A program made the translations under genes and the position numbers. Shown here one piece after another: positions 24,810 to 33,809 of a DNA stretch of 64,000 bases (the stretch's first letter is position 1; every line of letters starts with the position of its first letter). The notes beneath the pieces were generated by a model that was not told the origin of the DNA, searched no databases, and was given only the letters and a program-made list of their open reading frames with translations. This stretch comes from Candidatus Izemoplasmatales bacterium (GTDB lineage: Bacteria; Bacillota_I; Bacilli_A; Izemoplasmatales; Hujiaoplasmataceae): positions 46,924-110,923 of the forward strand of contig JAQVVR010000006.1 in the NCBI GenBank assembly GCA_028698875.1, given 5' to 3'.

Positions 24810-25712
24810 TTACAATTTTGTTTTATCGGAGATTAGGGAACAATCATTGATAAAAGATTTTAGTTCATCAACTGAAAAGAGGTATTTTTTTTGACAGAAA
24901 TGACAGACGGTCTCTATCGGCTTGTTCTCGTCAATCATCAAATTAAGTTCATCTTTTCCAAGAGAGATCAAGCCTTTGGCAAATCGTTCTTTGGAACAAT
25001 CGCAAGCATATTCCAAGTCAAGATATTCTACGAATTCATGTTTTCCTTTAGTTATTTCATTTATTATCATTTCTGGTGTGTAGCCATCATGAATCATATC
25101 GCTGACTGGACGTAGCGTTTTAATGCGGGATTCTATTTCCTCAATAAGACCAGCTTTTGTTTGCGCTCCCGGAAGCAACTGGAGTATAAAGCCACCAGCC
25201 GCCAAAACACTATTATCATCATTGACCAAGACTCCCAGTCCGACCGATGAAGGAATTTGTTCACTGGAAGCAAAATAATAGGTGAAATCATCGCCGATTT
25301 CTCCGGTTTGCAAAGCAGAACTACTTGTATAAATATCTCTTACCTTCAAATTTTTGGTCACATGTAAAAAACCAGCGTTTCCAACAACGGCACCAACGGC
25401 TAGTTTATCGTTGGTTGTGGACATATGAACGTGAGGATTTCCTACATATCCCCGAACTTGACCCTTAGCGTTTGTGGTGGCAACAATGCCATTAATAGGG
25501 CCATTGCCATCAATTCGAATTGATAATTCCATATCACCCTTATACATTGCGCCCATAATAACGCTAGCGGTAAGAACGCGGCCAAGAGCCGCTGTCGCTG
25601 CTGGCCAAGTATCATGCATAATACGGGCTTCTTCGACTAAATCAGTGGTTTTGGCACCATAGACTCGTGCTAGTCCGTCAAACGCATAAGCTTTTACTAA
25701 ATAATCATGCAT
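24810..25712 (-). CDS. hslO: Redox-regulated chaperone Hsp33
   Basis: C-terminal zinc centre CDCS...CHFCQ with an Hsp33 N-domain. Confidence 0.88.
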   Translation of the reverse strand: MHDYLVKAYAFDGLARVYGAKTTDLVEEARIMHDTWPAATAALGRVLTASVIMGAMYKGDMELSIRIDGNGPINGIVATTNAKGQVRGYVGNPHVHMSTTNDKLAVGAVVGNAGFLHVTKNLKVRDIYTSSSALQTGEIGDDFTYYFASSEQIPSSVGLGVLVNDDNSVLAAGGFILQLLPGAQTKAGLIEEIESRIKTLRPVSDMIHDGYTPEMIINEITKGKHEFVEYLDLEYACDCSKERFAKGLISLGKDELNLMIDENKPIETVCHFCQKKYLFSVDELKSFINDCSLISDKTKL

Positions 25713-25817
25713 ATGATCACTTCCTAAGAGATATTATATCATGCCGAATTCGAAACCGATTTGTATTTGTTTTCTCATCGCTTTGCGATATAATCAATGT
25801 GAATGAGAGTGATATTC

Positions 25818-26798
25818 ATGAAATGGAAAATTAAAAACATTGAGATTGCCAATCAAATTGTTATGGCACCGATGGCGGGGGTAACCAACCAGGCTTTTCG
25901 TCATATTGCCAAACGCTTTGGGGCGGGGCTTTTATATTCGGAAATGGTTTCTGATAAAGGGCTTGATTATAAGAACAAAAAAACATTGGACATGCTTGAA
26001 ATTGATTCGACAGAACATCCAATCGCTATGCAAGTGTTTGGCAGCGACATCGTGACAATGGTTGAAGCTGCAAAGTGGATTGATCAACATACTACCGCCG
26101 ATATTATTGACATCAACATGGGGTGTCCGGTTAGCAAAGTAATTAAAAACGATGCTGGTTCGAAACTATTGCAACAACCAAAAAAAGTTTTTGAAATTGT
26201 TTATGCAATTGTTCATGCGGTAAAGAAGCCAGTAACAATAAAAATCAGAAGCGGCTGGGATAAGGATCACATTAACGCCGTTGAAATTGCTTTGCAAGCT
26301 GAAGCGGCGGGAGCGAGTGCAATTGCGGTCCATGGCCGAACACGAACGCAAATGTATTCTGGAAAAGCCGATTGGGAAATTATTCGTCAAGTAAAAAATG
26401 CAGTCAAAATTCCGGTGATTGGTAATGGAGATATCACCTCTCCTGAGTTAGCAAAACAAATGCTAGATAATACTGGATGTGACGCAGTAATGTTAGGAAG
26501 AGGCACGCTTGGCAATCCGTGGCTAATAAAACAATCAATCGATTATTTAGAAACTGGCACATATGAAAACGAGATTTTATTAGCGGAAAAACAAAGACAA
26601 ATTTTGGAACATTTACAAAACTTAGCCGAGCTTAAATGCGAGAAGATTGCAGTGTTAGAAATGCGAACTCATGCTTCGTGGTATATAAAAGGTTTGCACA
26701 ACTCTGGACAAATCAAAGACAAAATTAATCGGGCAAAAACCATAGAAGATTTGCGACAAATTATCAATGATTATTTTTATGAATTAGAAAAAAAATAA
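25818..26798 (+). CDS. dusB: tRNA-dihydrouridine synthase (DusB-like)
   Basis: TIM-barrel Dus motifs (MAPMAGVTN, catalytic C in NMGCP). Start taken at MKWKIKNIE. Confidence 0.88.
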   Translation: MKWKIKNIEIANQIVMAPMAGVTNQAFRHIAKRFGAGLLYSEMVSDKGLDYKNKKTLDMLEIDSTEHPIAMQVFGSDIVTMVEAAKWIDQHTTADIIDINMGCPVSKVIKNDAGSKLLQQPKKVFEIVYAIVHAVKKPVTIKIRSGWDKDHINAVEIALQAEAAGASAIAVHGRTRTQMYSGKADWEIIRQVKNAVKIPVIGNGDITSPELAKQMLDNTGCDAVMLGRGTLGNPWLIKQSIDYLETGTYENEILLAEKQRQILEHLQNLAELKCEKIAVLEMRTHASWYIKGLHNSGQIKDKINRAKTIEDLRQIINDYFYELEKK

Positions 26799-26894
26799 AA
26801 AAAGAAACGGTTACTATTCCAAATGCTAATTGGAAAAGATGACCGTTTTTTTAATACAAAATAAGAAAAAAATATTGAGAATTTTACCAAGAGT

Positions 26895-28139
26895 TTAAAC
26901 GATGTATTGCTTATATAGATTGAAGAAATGATCATTTAACTCAACGTCAACATGAATTCCATCATCTAAATATTCGGTAGAAAAAATATGCGCTTTGTCT
27001 TTTAAAAAACTGTAGATGTTTCCTTTCTCAAATGGGATAATCATTAGCACCCTGTGAAGCATATTATAAAGAAGACTATCGATAAGGTTAGTCAATTCCA
27101 TAAAGCCTTCTCCGGTAATTGAACTCACACAAACCATAGGTGAAAGTTGTGAGGTTATTGGACAAGAAAGCAAATCGGATTTGTTAAAGACATAGATAAC
27201 CGGGATGTTTTTTGCATCAAGACTTTTCAAAACTTCTTCAACAACTCCGACTTGATTTTTATATTGAGGATTGGCAGCATCAATGACATGAAGTATCACT
27301 GCGGCTTCTTTGATTTCTTCTAAGGTTGATTTGAAAGCTTCAATTAAATGATGAGGTAATTTAGAGATGAAACCAACAGTATCGGTGATTAAAAAGCGAT
27401 GATTATTTTTTAAAGTAATTGACCGGGTTGCGGTCTCAAGGGTTGCGAAAAGCATATTTTTTTCGAAGACATATTTCTCGGAATTTTCAAGCGAATATTC
27501 TAACATTTTATTGAGAAGTGTTGATTTGCCGGAGTTTGTATATCCCGTGATAGCGACAGTAAAAGTCTCTTCTTTTTTCCGTTTTTCCCGTTGGGTTCTT
27601 CGAATTGAAACTAACTCTTTTAAATCATCATGCAAGCGAGAAATTTGGTCTTTCAATAATCGACGGTCCAACTCTAATTGTTTTTCCCCGGGCCCTTTAG
27701 AGCCAGTGCCACTTCGTTGACGAGAAAAGGAAGAATTCATACCCACGATTACTCTTGGCAGCATGTACTCACATTGCGCCAATTCAACTTGTAACATTGC
27801 TTCTTTGGTTTTGGCACGACGAGCAAAAATATCCAAAATCAAAACGGTTCGATCTACAACTTTAATCGCAAGTGTTTTTTCTAAATTGCGGACTTGTGTT
27901 GGGGATAATTCGTCATCAAATACCACAATGTCAGCTTCAAGATTAAGGACGGCGGCCTTCAATTCTTCCGCCTTTCCAGGACCGATGTAAAGGTTGGCCG
28001 TTGGCTTTTCCATGTTTTGGATTATTGTATCTAAAACAACAATATCGCAGGCCATACATAAGTTTTTAAGCTCAGCCATCATATATTCGAAATTAACTGA
28101 ATCTTGTAACCGCACACCGACTAAAATCGCTTTTTCCAT
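26895..28139 (-). CDS. hflX: GTPase HflX
   Basis: HflX N-domain plus G-domain (GYTNSGKSTLLN, DTVGF). Confidence 0.88.
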   Translation of the reverse strand: MEKAILVGVRLQDSVNFEYMMAELKNLCMACDIVVLDTIIQNMEKPTANLYIGPGKAEELKAAVLNLEADIVVFDDELSPTQVRNLEKTLAIKVVDRTVLILDIFARRAKTKEAMLQVELAQCEYMLPRVIVGMNSSFSRQRSGTGSKGPGEKQLELDRRLLKDQISRLHDDLKELVSIRRTQREKRKKEETFTVAITGYTNSGKSTLLNKMLEYSLENSEKYVFEKNMLFATLETATRSITLKNNHRFLITDTVGFISKLPHHLIEAFKSTLEEIKEAAVILHVIDAANPQYKNQVGVVEEVLKSLDAKNIPVIYVFNKSDLLSCPITSQLSPMVCVSSITGEGFMELTNLIDSLLYNMLHRVLMIIPFEKGNIYSFLKDKAHIFSTEYLDDGIHVDVELNDHFFNLYKQYIV

Positions 28140-28292
28140 ATTAACACCTCTTGTGTCATTATTGTTATCTTCAAATGCATAATGATAGACTCTAATTATA
28201 TATTGTGTTCTCTGAAAAAGAAATACCCTTTGTATCGTTATCGAAATATGATATAATTAATTCACTAAATTACTACCTTGTGAGGGAATGGA

Positions 28293-31200
28293 ATGAAGTT
28301 GAATTTTGGGATTGCCAAACAAAAAATTCATCAATTCCGCGAAAAAGCATCCGCGTGGATCACGGATATTTTTTTAAGTCCTAAAAAAACCTTTTTGTTT
28401 TTAGGAATATTTGTCTTTACTATTTTGTTCTTGATTCAAATTACCATCATATTAATTAGTAACTCGTTTTATAACGGCGGGTCCGATGATGTTTGTCAGT
28501 ATTATCCGATTATGAATGACTTCATCCTGAAAATCAAAACCCAAACCTTATCTTTTTATAATCTTAATAATTATCTTGGAGCTTCCTTATTTTCAGATGC
28601 ATATTATGTGCCACTCGATATCTTTACTTTGATTACTTTTCTGCTAAGTTACTTGATGCCCATCGGCGTTGCCATCTCGTCAACGGAATTAATTAAAGCC
28701 TTAGCTGGGGTTATGGTTCTTGCCTACTATTTCTATTTAAAAGGCATGAAAAACCGGACTATTTTTTGGATGGGAGTTATATATCTTATCAGTGGTGGAT
28801 CGGGCTGCTTTATGGCCTTTCCCGCCTTTTTTTCACTGATATTCTATCTGCCAACCTCATTACTAGTTATTTATTGGTTTCAACACAAGAAAGCATGGGT
28901 TGTGCCACTATTTGTGGTTGTACTTGTTTTTTATAATTTTTATTGTGCCTATATGGCCATTGCGTTTATGTCAGTTCTTTATGTAATTGAGGCTTTGAAA
29001 AAACCAAATTCTAATATATGGGTTTTTCTTCGCGATGGACTTGCTTTTTTGGGTTTGATTCTCTTGGGTGTGGCGATGTCATGTGTTATGCTGGTTCCCA
29101 CAGTACAGTTTATCATGGAAAGCACCGAGCGATCGGCGGGAGCGGCATGGCAATGGGCTGTCACAATCGGGGAATGGAATTTGACTTTGTTTAAGCCAGA
29201 AATATATATCCGGATTTTGACCAAAGCTTTTACTGCGCAGCGATCAGTGGGTTTTTTGGGCTTCTTGGGACCGGGATATTATGGTTACGAGCATGTATCC
29301 TTATATATTTCTTTGGTTGGAATCACAATCATGTCATATGTTTTTTTCATGCGCGACAGAATCAGTTGGATTTATAAAACTGTCATTATTGCCTTTTCAA
29401 TTATGATGATTTTCCCCTTTTTTTCCTATATATTTTCAGGAACGGAATATTTAATTGATGTTCCTTATACGCGGTGGATTGATACACTCCCGTTGTTAGA
29501 AATTGTTATATTGGCCCATGTGTTTGACAAATATGGTTTTGAAAACCTCAAAATGAAATGGTTGACAATCCCAATTGGATTATCATTGGCTTTGCTTGGA
29601 TATTTAATTTATTACTACTACATAAAACTAACAACCACAACTTTGTATGCAAAAGAAGCTTTAACCGCTGACGCCGTTTTTCTTGGATTGGCGGCTTTAT
29701 ACTTAGTCTTAATTTTAATATTCGGCTGGGTTAAACGCTTAAAATGGATTCGGGTTATTTTTTGGGTTGAATTCATTGTTGCAATGGGATATATGTATGG
29801 CATTGCCTATTATGTTCCTGACAAAATCACAATGTTTAATGACATGGAATCAATCAACGAATTTTTAAATGAAAACCTAGATCAAGACCAATTCTATCGA
29901 GTATATGTTGACGTCGAAAGATTCAACGTTCAAGACGAGAACTTTAACCGCATGACAACCTTTTACACCAACACGTTAAAAATATTCCATTCGTGGTCAG
30001 ATTCTGAAAGCGATCAACTCGTCACCTTACTTTTTAGTAACGAAACATATAGCGGTGATATAACCAAAAAAATTGAAACTCAAGAAAAAACGGCATTAAA
30101 CATCTTCACCTTGTATTTAAATCACGTGCTAGGATACAAGTATTTGCTTGTTAACGCGGAATACGAATATAATTTACCAGAAGCTTATTTCACACTTATT
30201 GAGCCAATAGAAATAAGCAATCGATACAAACTATATGAAATTGTCGACTCAGAACCATTTCAAGTATATGAATCTTATATGACATATGAAGACTTTATAA
30301 CATATGCAAGCAAACAATACACGGAAACACATAATCATTTATACGACAATAAAATTGCCGCTCAGAAACTGATGTTAGACACTGTTTTAATTGATGCGGA
30401 ATTATATGATATGAATTCGTCATCGGCACCGAATTTAAACAACGTAGTTACAGAGGACAATATCAGCGAGAAAAAAACCGTCACATCATATAAGATAATT
30501 TCGGCAGCTACAGAAGCCAACGTTTTAGGAAAGACCTTTTATCGATACGCAATTAATGTTGGGTTTACTTCGGGCGGACTGTATTTAAAGTCGTCCCAAT
30601 TAGACGATGAGGATTACGGAGAGGTTTTCATGGAGTTTGCATCTGGACAGACGCAAGCGTGTGAACTAACCCCAAACGCTTTTCAAGAAGTCGAATGCGG
30701 GCAGTTCTTTTCCGAACCGGTTGCCGTTTATTTTGAGCAGACGGATGGCTTTAATTCACCTAAAAGTATTACTTATCGTTTGGAAAGAGCAATCGGTCAA
30801 ACTTCTTTTTTAGTTTATGATATGCCAGAAATTTCGACAACCGAAATCAATGGATTTTTACGACTTTCCTTCACAAAAACACTCGATCGCGTTTTTGTCG
30901 TGGATACCAACGGAAACGAATACGAGAGTTTGAAGGGCAGTTGCTTTATTGAAAGCCAACCAGCAAGAGCATATATTTTAAAAACAGCAGAAATGTATGG
31001 TTCCAGCGCAGATGTATTCTCGATGATTTTGACCTTTGATTATGTGGATTTGAGTTATTATGATGATTTTGCTGACTCACAACTATCCGAAAACGAACAA
31101 TTAACCATTGAAAATGGAATAATTGATTTTTCATATACTCGTACCAGCGAAACCGGATATGATCAAATTGTCATGATTCCAATTACTTACTCTGAAGAGT

Positions 31201-31478
31201 GGATTGTTACCTCAGAAGAACAATATCAAACGCTAAGTGTTTCGGGAGGATTATTAGGAATTATCATCCCCGCCGGCGTCGATGAGGTTCATGTCACAAT
31301 GAAGTTTGTTCCCAACGGAATCATCGATGGCGGCTGGGCAACACTTATTGCCGTTGGGATATATACCGCAATTTTTTTGCCAATTTATTTAGTAAGAATT
31401 AATAAAAAGAAAAAAGCATTATCAAACACGGAGGTAATCGAAAATGAAACAACTGACAATCATAATCCCAGCTTATAA
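28293..31478 (+). CDS. yfhO: YfhO-family polytopic membrane glycosyltransferase (GT-C-like) with a large extracytoplasmic C-terminal domain
   Basis: About 13 TM segments at the N-terminus, an ~450-aa soluble domain, and a C-terminal TM. Paired with csbB-like GT2 and gtrA-like genes as in the B. subtilis csbB-yfhO operon. Confidence 0.75.
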   Translation: MKLNFGIAKQKIHQFREKASAWITDIFLSPKKTFLFLGIFVFTILFLIQITIILISNSFYNGGSDDVCQYYPIMNDFILKIKTQTLSFYNLNNYLGASLFSDAYYVPLDIFTLITFLLSYLMPIGVAISSTELIKALAGVMVLAYYFYLKGMKNRTIFWMGVIYLISGGSGCFMAFPAFFSLIFYLPTSLLVIYWFQHKKAWVVPLFVVVLVFYNFYCAYMAIAFMSVLYVIEALKKPNSNIWVFLRDGLAFLGLILLGVAMSCVMLVPTVQFIMESTERSAGAAWQWAVTIGEWNLTLFKPEIYIRILTKAFTAQRSVGFLGFLGPGYYGYEHVSLYISLVGITIMSYVFFMRDRISWIYKTVIIAFSIMMIFPFFSYIFSGTEYLIDVPYTRWIDTLPLLEIVILAHVFDKYGFENLKMKWLTIPIGLSLALLGYLIYYYYIKLTTTTLYAKEALTADAVFLGLAALYLVLILIFGWVKRLKWIRVIFWVEFIVAMGYMYGIAYYVPDKITMFNDMESINEFLNENLDQDQFYRVYVDVERFNVQDENFNRMTTFYTNTLKIFHSWSDSESDQLVTLLFSNETYSGDITKKIETQEKTALNIFTLYLNHVLGYKYLLVNAEYEYNLPEAYFTLIEPIEISNRYKLYEIVDSEPFQVYESYMTYEDFITYASKQYTETHNHLYDNKIAAQKLMLDTVLIDAELYDMNSSSAPNLNNVVTEDNISEKKTVTSYKIISAATEANVLGKTFYRYAINVGFTSGGLYLKSSQLDDEDYGEVFMEFASGQTQACELTPNAFQEVECGQFFSEPVAVYFEQTDGFNSPKSITYRLERAIGQTSFLVYDMPEISTTEINGFLRLSFTKTLDRVFVVDTNGNEYESLKGSCFIESQPARAYILKTAEMYGSSADVFSMILTFDYVDLSYYDDFADSQLSENEQLTIENGIIDFSYTRTSETGYDQIVMIPITYSEEWIVTSEEQYQTLSVSGGLLGIIIPAGVDEVHVTMKFVPNGIIDGGWATLIAVGIYTAIFLPIYLVRINKKKKALSNTEVIENETTDNHNPSL

Positions 31479-32382
31479 CGAAGAAACTAACATTCGCCCT
31501 TTTTATGATGAAGCATGCAAATATCTTACTAATCCGGAATATGAATTCAAACTACTTTTTATCAATGATGGATCTCGTGATGATACACTTGCCGAGATAA
31601 AAAAAATTGCGGCCATTGATAAGCGGGTTATATTCCTAAGTTTTTCGCGGAATTTTGGAAAAGAATCAGCGATGCATGCAGGGTTGGAATATTCCCGCAA
31701 AGATGATGCGATTATCATCATTGATTGTGATTTGCAACAACCGCCGTCTTTGATTCCGGAAATGCTCAAATGGTATAGCGAAGGTTATAAAGTCGTGTAC
31801 ACGCGCGGAAAAACCAGAAAAGGAGAACCGAAAGTTAGAACGTTGTTCGCCAATCTATATTACGGATTGTATAATAAATACAGCGATCGTCCCCTTGATA
31901 ACGGAGCCAAAGACTTTCAATTGCTTGACAAACAAGTAGTTGAAGCGATTTTATCGATAAAAGACAATTTTCGGTTTATGAAAGGGCTGTTCTCCTGGGT
32001 TGGGTTCAAACGGAAAGTGTTAGAATACGATTTCATTGCTCGGAAAAATGGCAAAAGCAGTTGGAGTTTTAAATCGTTGTTTAAATATGGGTTTGATGGG
32101 ATGAATCAATTTTCGAATATTTTGATGGTTCTCCCAGTGGTTTCTTTTGTTATGGGTATAATCATGCTCGGAGTAAACATTGTTTTTCGGATTGTGTATA
32201 TCTTCTCGACAACATCATTTATGTTAGCCCTATTACTAAATTTGCTTTGGTTGATGATTTCAGTACTGGCATATGGAATGTTTTACTTGTTATATCAAAT
32301 TCGTCGGCAGACACTAAATAGACCTCTATATTTAATTGAAGAAACCTCTGAAGAGGTAAACTATGATGAATCTTTGGAATAG
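31444..32382 (+). CDS. csbB: Polyprenyl-phosphate glycosyltransferase, GT2 family (CsbB/GtrB-like)
   Basis: IIIPAYNEE...NDGSRDDT...DCDLQ GT-A motifs plus two C-terminal TMs. Overlaps the yfhO 3' end by 35 nt. Confidence 0.85.
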   Translation: MKQLTIIIPAYNEETNIRPFYDEACKYLTNPEYEFKLLFINDGSRDDTLAEIKKIAAIDKRVIFLSFSRNFGKESAMHAGLEYSRKDDAIIIIDCDLQQPPSLIPEMLKWYSEGYKVVYTRGKTRKGEPKVRTLFANLYYGLYNKYSDRPLDNGAKDFQLLDKQVVEAILSIKDNFRFMKGLFSWVGFKRKVLEYDFIARKNGKSSWSFKSLFKYGFDGMNQFSNILMVLPVVSFVMGIIMLGVNIVFRIVYIFSTTSFMLALLLNLLWLMISVLAYGMFYLLYQIRRQTLNRPLYLIEETSEEVNYDESLE

Positions 32383-32860
32383 AATCAGGCATTTTATAAA
32401 AGACAAATTTTTGACCAAAAAATTCCTCAGTTTTGGTATTATTGGCATTGTTAATACGGGAATGCACATGTTGGCGTATTGGATCTGTTATGATCTTGTC
32501 AACTTGGGAACACTTGCCCTTGGATGGGGGGCGTTTGTGTCGAATACGGTCGCTTTTTTAGTGGCATCAATCTTTTCGTATTTTGCCAACGTCATTTTTA
32601 CATTCAAGCCCACCGCGACATCAACCAAACAATTCTCGGTGGTAATGCTTATTTTTTTAATCCGGCTTTTATTAAGCAATTTATTGACTTCGGTATTTGA
32701 TATCATTGTTATCGATTGGTTTCACGCTGATTACAGTGTAAATCCTTGGATGACTATTATTGCCCCGTTTTTTGCATCGGCACTGTTGTTTCCAATCGCA
32801 TATTTAATTCTCGAATATGTTTTTAAAAAAACCGATTGTAAAAAAACCGAGACGAAATAG
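32363..32860 (+). CDS. gtrA: GtrA-family small membrane protein (putative lipid-linked sugar flippase component)
   Basis: About 165 aa, 4 TM, GtrA-like N-terminal pattern. Overlaps csbB by 20 nt. Confidence 0.7.
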   Translation: MMNLWNRIRHFIKDKFLTKKFLSFGIIGIVNTGMHMLAYWICYDLVNLGTLALGWGAFVSNTVAFLVASIFSYFANVIFTFKPTATSTKQFSVVMLIFLIRLLLSNLLTSVFDIIVIDWFHADYSVNPWMTIIAPFFASALLFPIAYLILEYVFKKTDCKKTETK

Positions 32861-32965
32861 CCTGTTCTTCTTCCATTCAAATGGAAAATATCGTACAATA
32901 TTGATGACTGTTTATTATAAATTCCCAGATTCATTTTGAATATAGACAGATTGGGTGGTGTGTAT

Positions 32966-33715
32966 ATGGGAAACTTTGAAATAATTGTTTTGGTCAGCTA
33001 CCTTTATGCAATATTTTTATTGGTACTTAGAGCAAAAGTCAGCCACAAAAACATTCGTTGGTTCAAAATTTTATTAGTGATGCTTTTTGTTGCCGCGTTT
33101 TATTATCTCATTGTCGACAGCACAACCTCTACCATAGCGTTAGCAGCTCGGATTATTGTTTTTATACCCCTTGGCTATGTAATCTTTGTTATGTTCATAA
33201 ATGAATTAACAACCATTTTTAAAAGAATGAAGTTCTTAAAAAAAAGATCGTTAAAAAATTGGAAAACCAATAATGATCTCGCTGCCAAATTAGGGGCCGC
33301 AATTGAATTTTTGGCGAGTCGGAAAATTGGCGCCCTTATTTCCATTGAACGCGATATAAAACTCTCTGGGTATGTAAACAAAGCCGTGATGATTGAAGCG
33401 CCCGTTTCCAGCGAGCTTTTAGCAACGATATTTGTGCCAACAACACCGCTCCATGATGGCGCTGTCATTATTCGGGATAACAGCATTTTATGTGCTAAAG
33501 CCTATTATCCATCGACAGCAAGAACTGATTTGCCATTGAAGTTTGGAACTAGGCATCGAGCGGCAATCGGTATTAGCGAGCAATCAGATGCCCTTACAAT
33601 TGTTGTTTCCGAAGAAACGGGATATGTCAGTGTAACAATTAATCGTCAAATAGATTACAATGTTAGTAAAGAAACTTTAAATTTGTACTTTGAAAAGTAC
33701 CTGAAGATTAAATAA
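32966..33715 (+). CDS. cdaA: Diadenylate cyclase CdaA (c-di-AMP synthase)
   Basis: Three N-terminal TMs plus a DAC domain (GALISIER, TPLHDGAVII, RHRAAIGISEQSDALTIVVSEETG). The 32936 ATG is also possible; 32966 has the better GGTGG spacing. Confidence 0.88.
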   Translation: MGNFEIIVLVSYLYAIFLLVLRAKVSHKNIRWFKILLVMLFVAAFYYLIVDSTTSTIALAARIIVFIPLGYVIFVMFINELTTIFKRMKFLKKRSLKNWKTNNDLAAKLGAAIEFLASRKIGALISIERDIKLSGYVNKAVMIEAPVSSELLATIFVPTTPLHDGAVIIRDNSILCAKAYYPSTARTDLPLKFGTRHRAAIGISEQSDALTIVVSEETGYVSVTINRQIDYNVSKETLNLYFEKYLKIK

Positions 33716-33740
33716 AGTGCGCAAGCACTTTTATTTTTCG
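33713..33740 (+). terminator. Rho-independent terminator after cdaA
   Basis: AAGTGCGCAAGCACTTTTATTTTT. Confidence 0.7.
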
Positions 33741-33809
33741 TGAGATGGTATTATTCAGGGGAATATGTTATAATTTATAAAGACAATCGCCCGAAAAGAG
33801 GTGCCAAAA

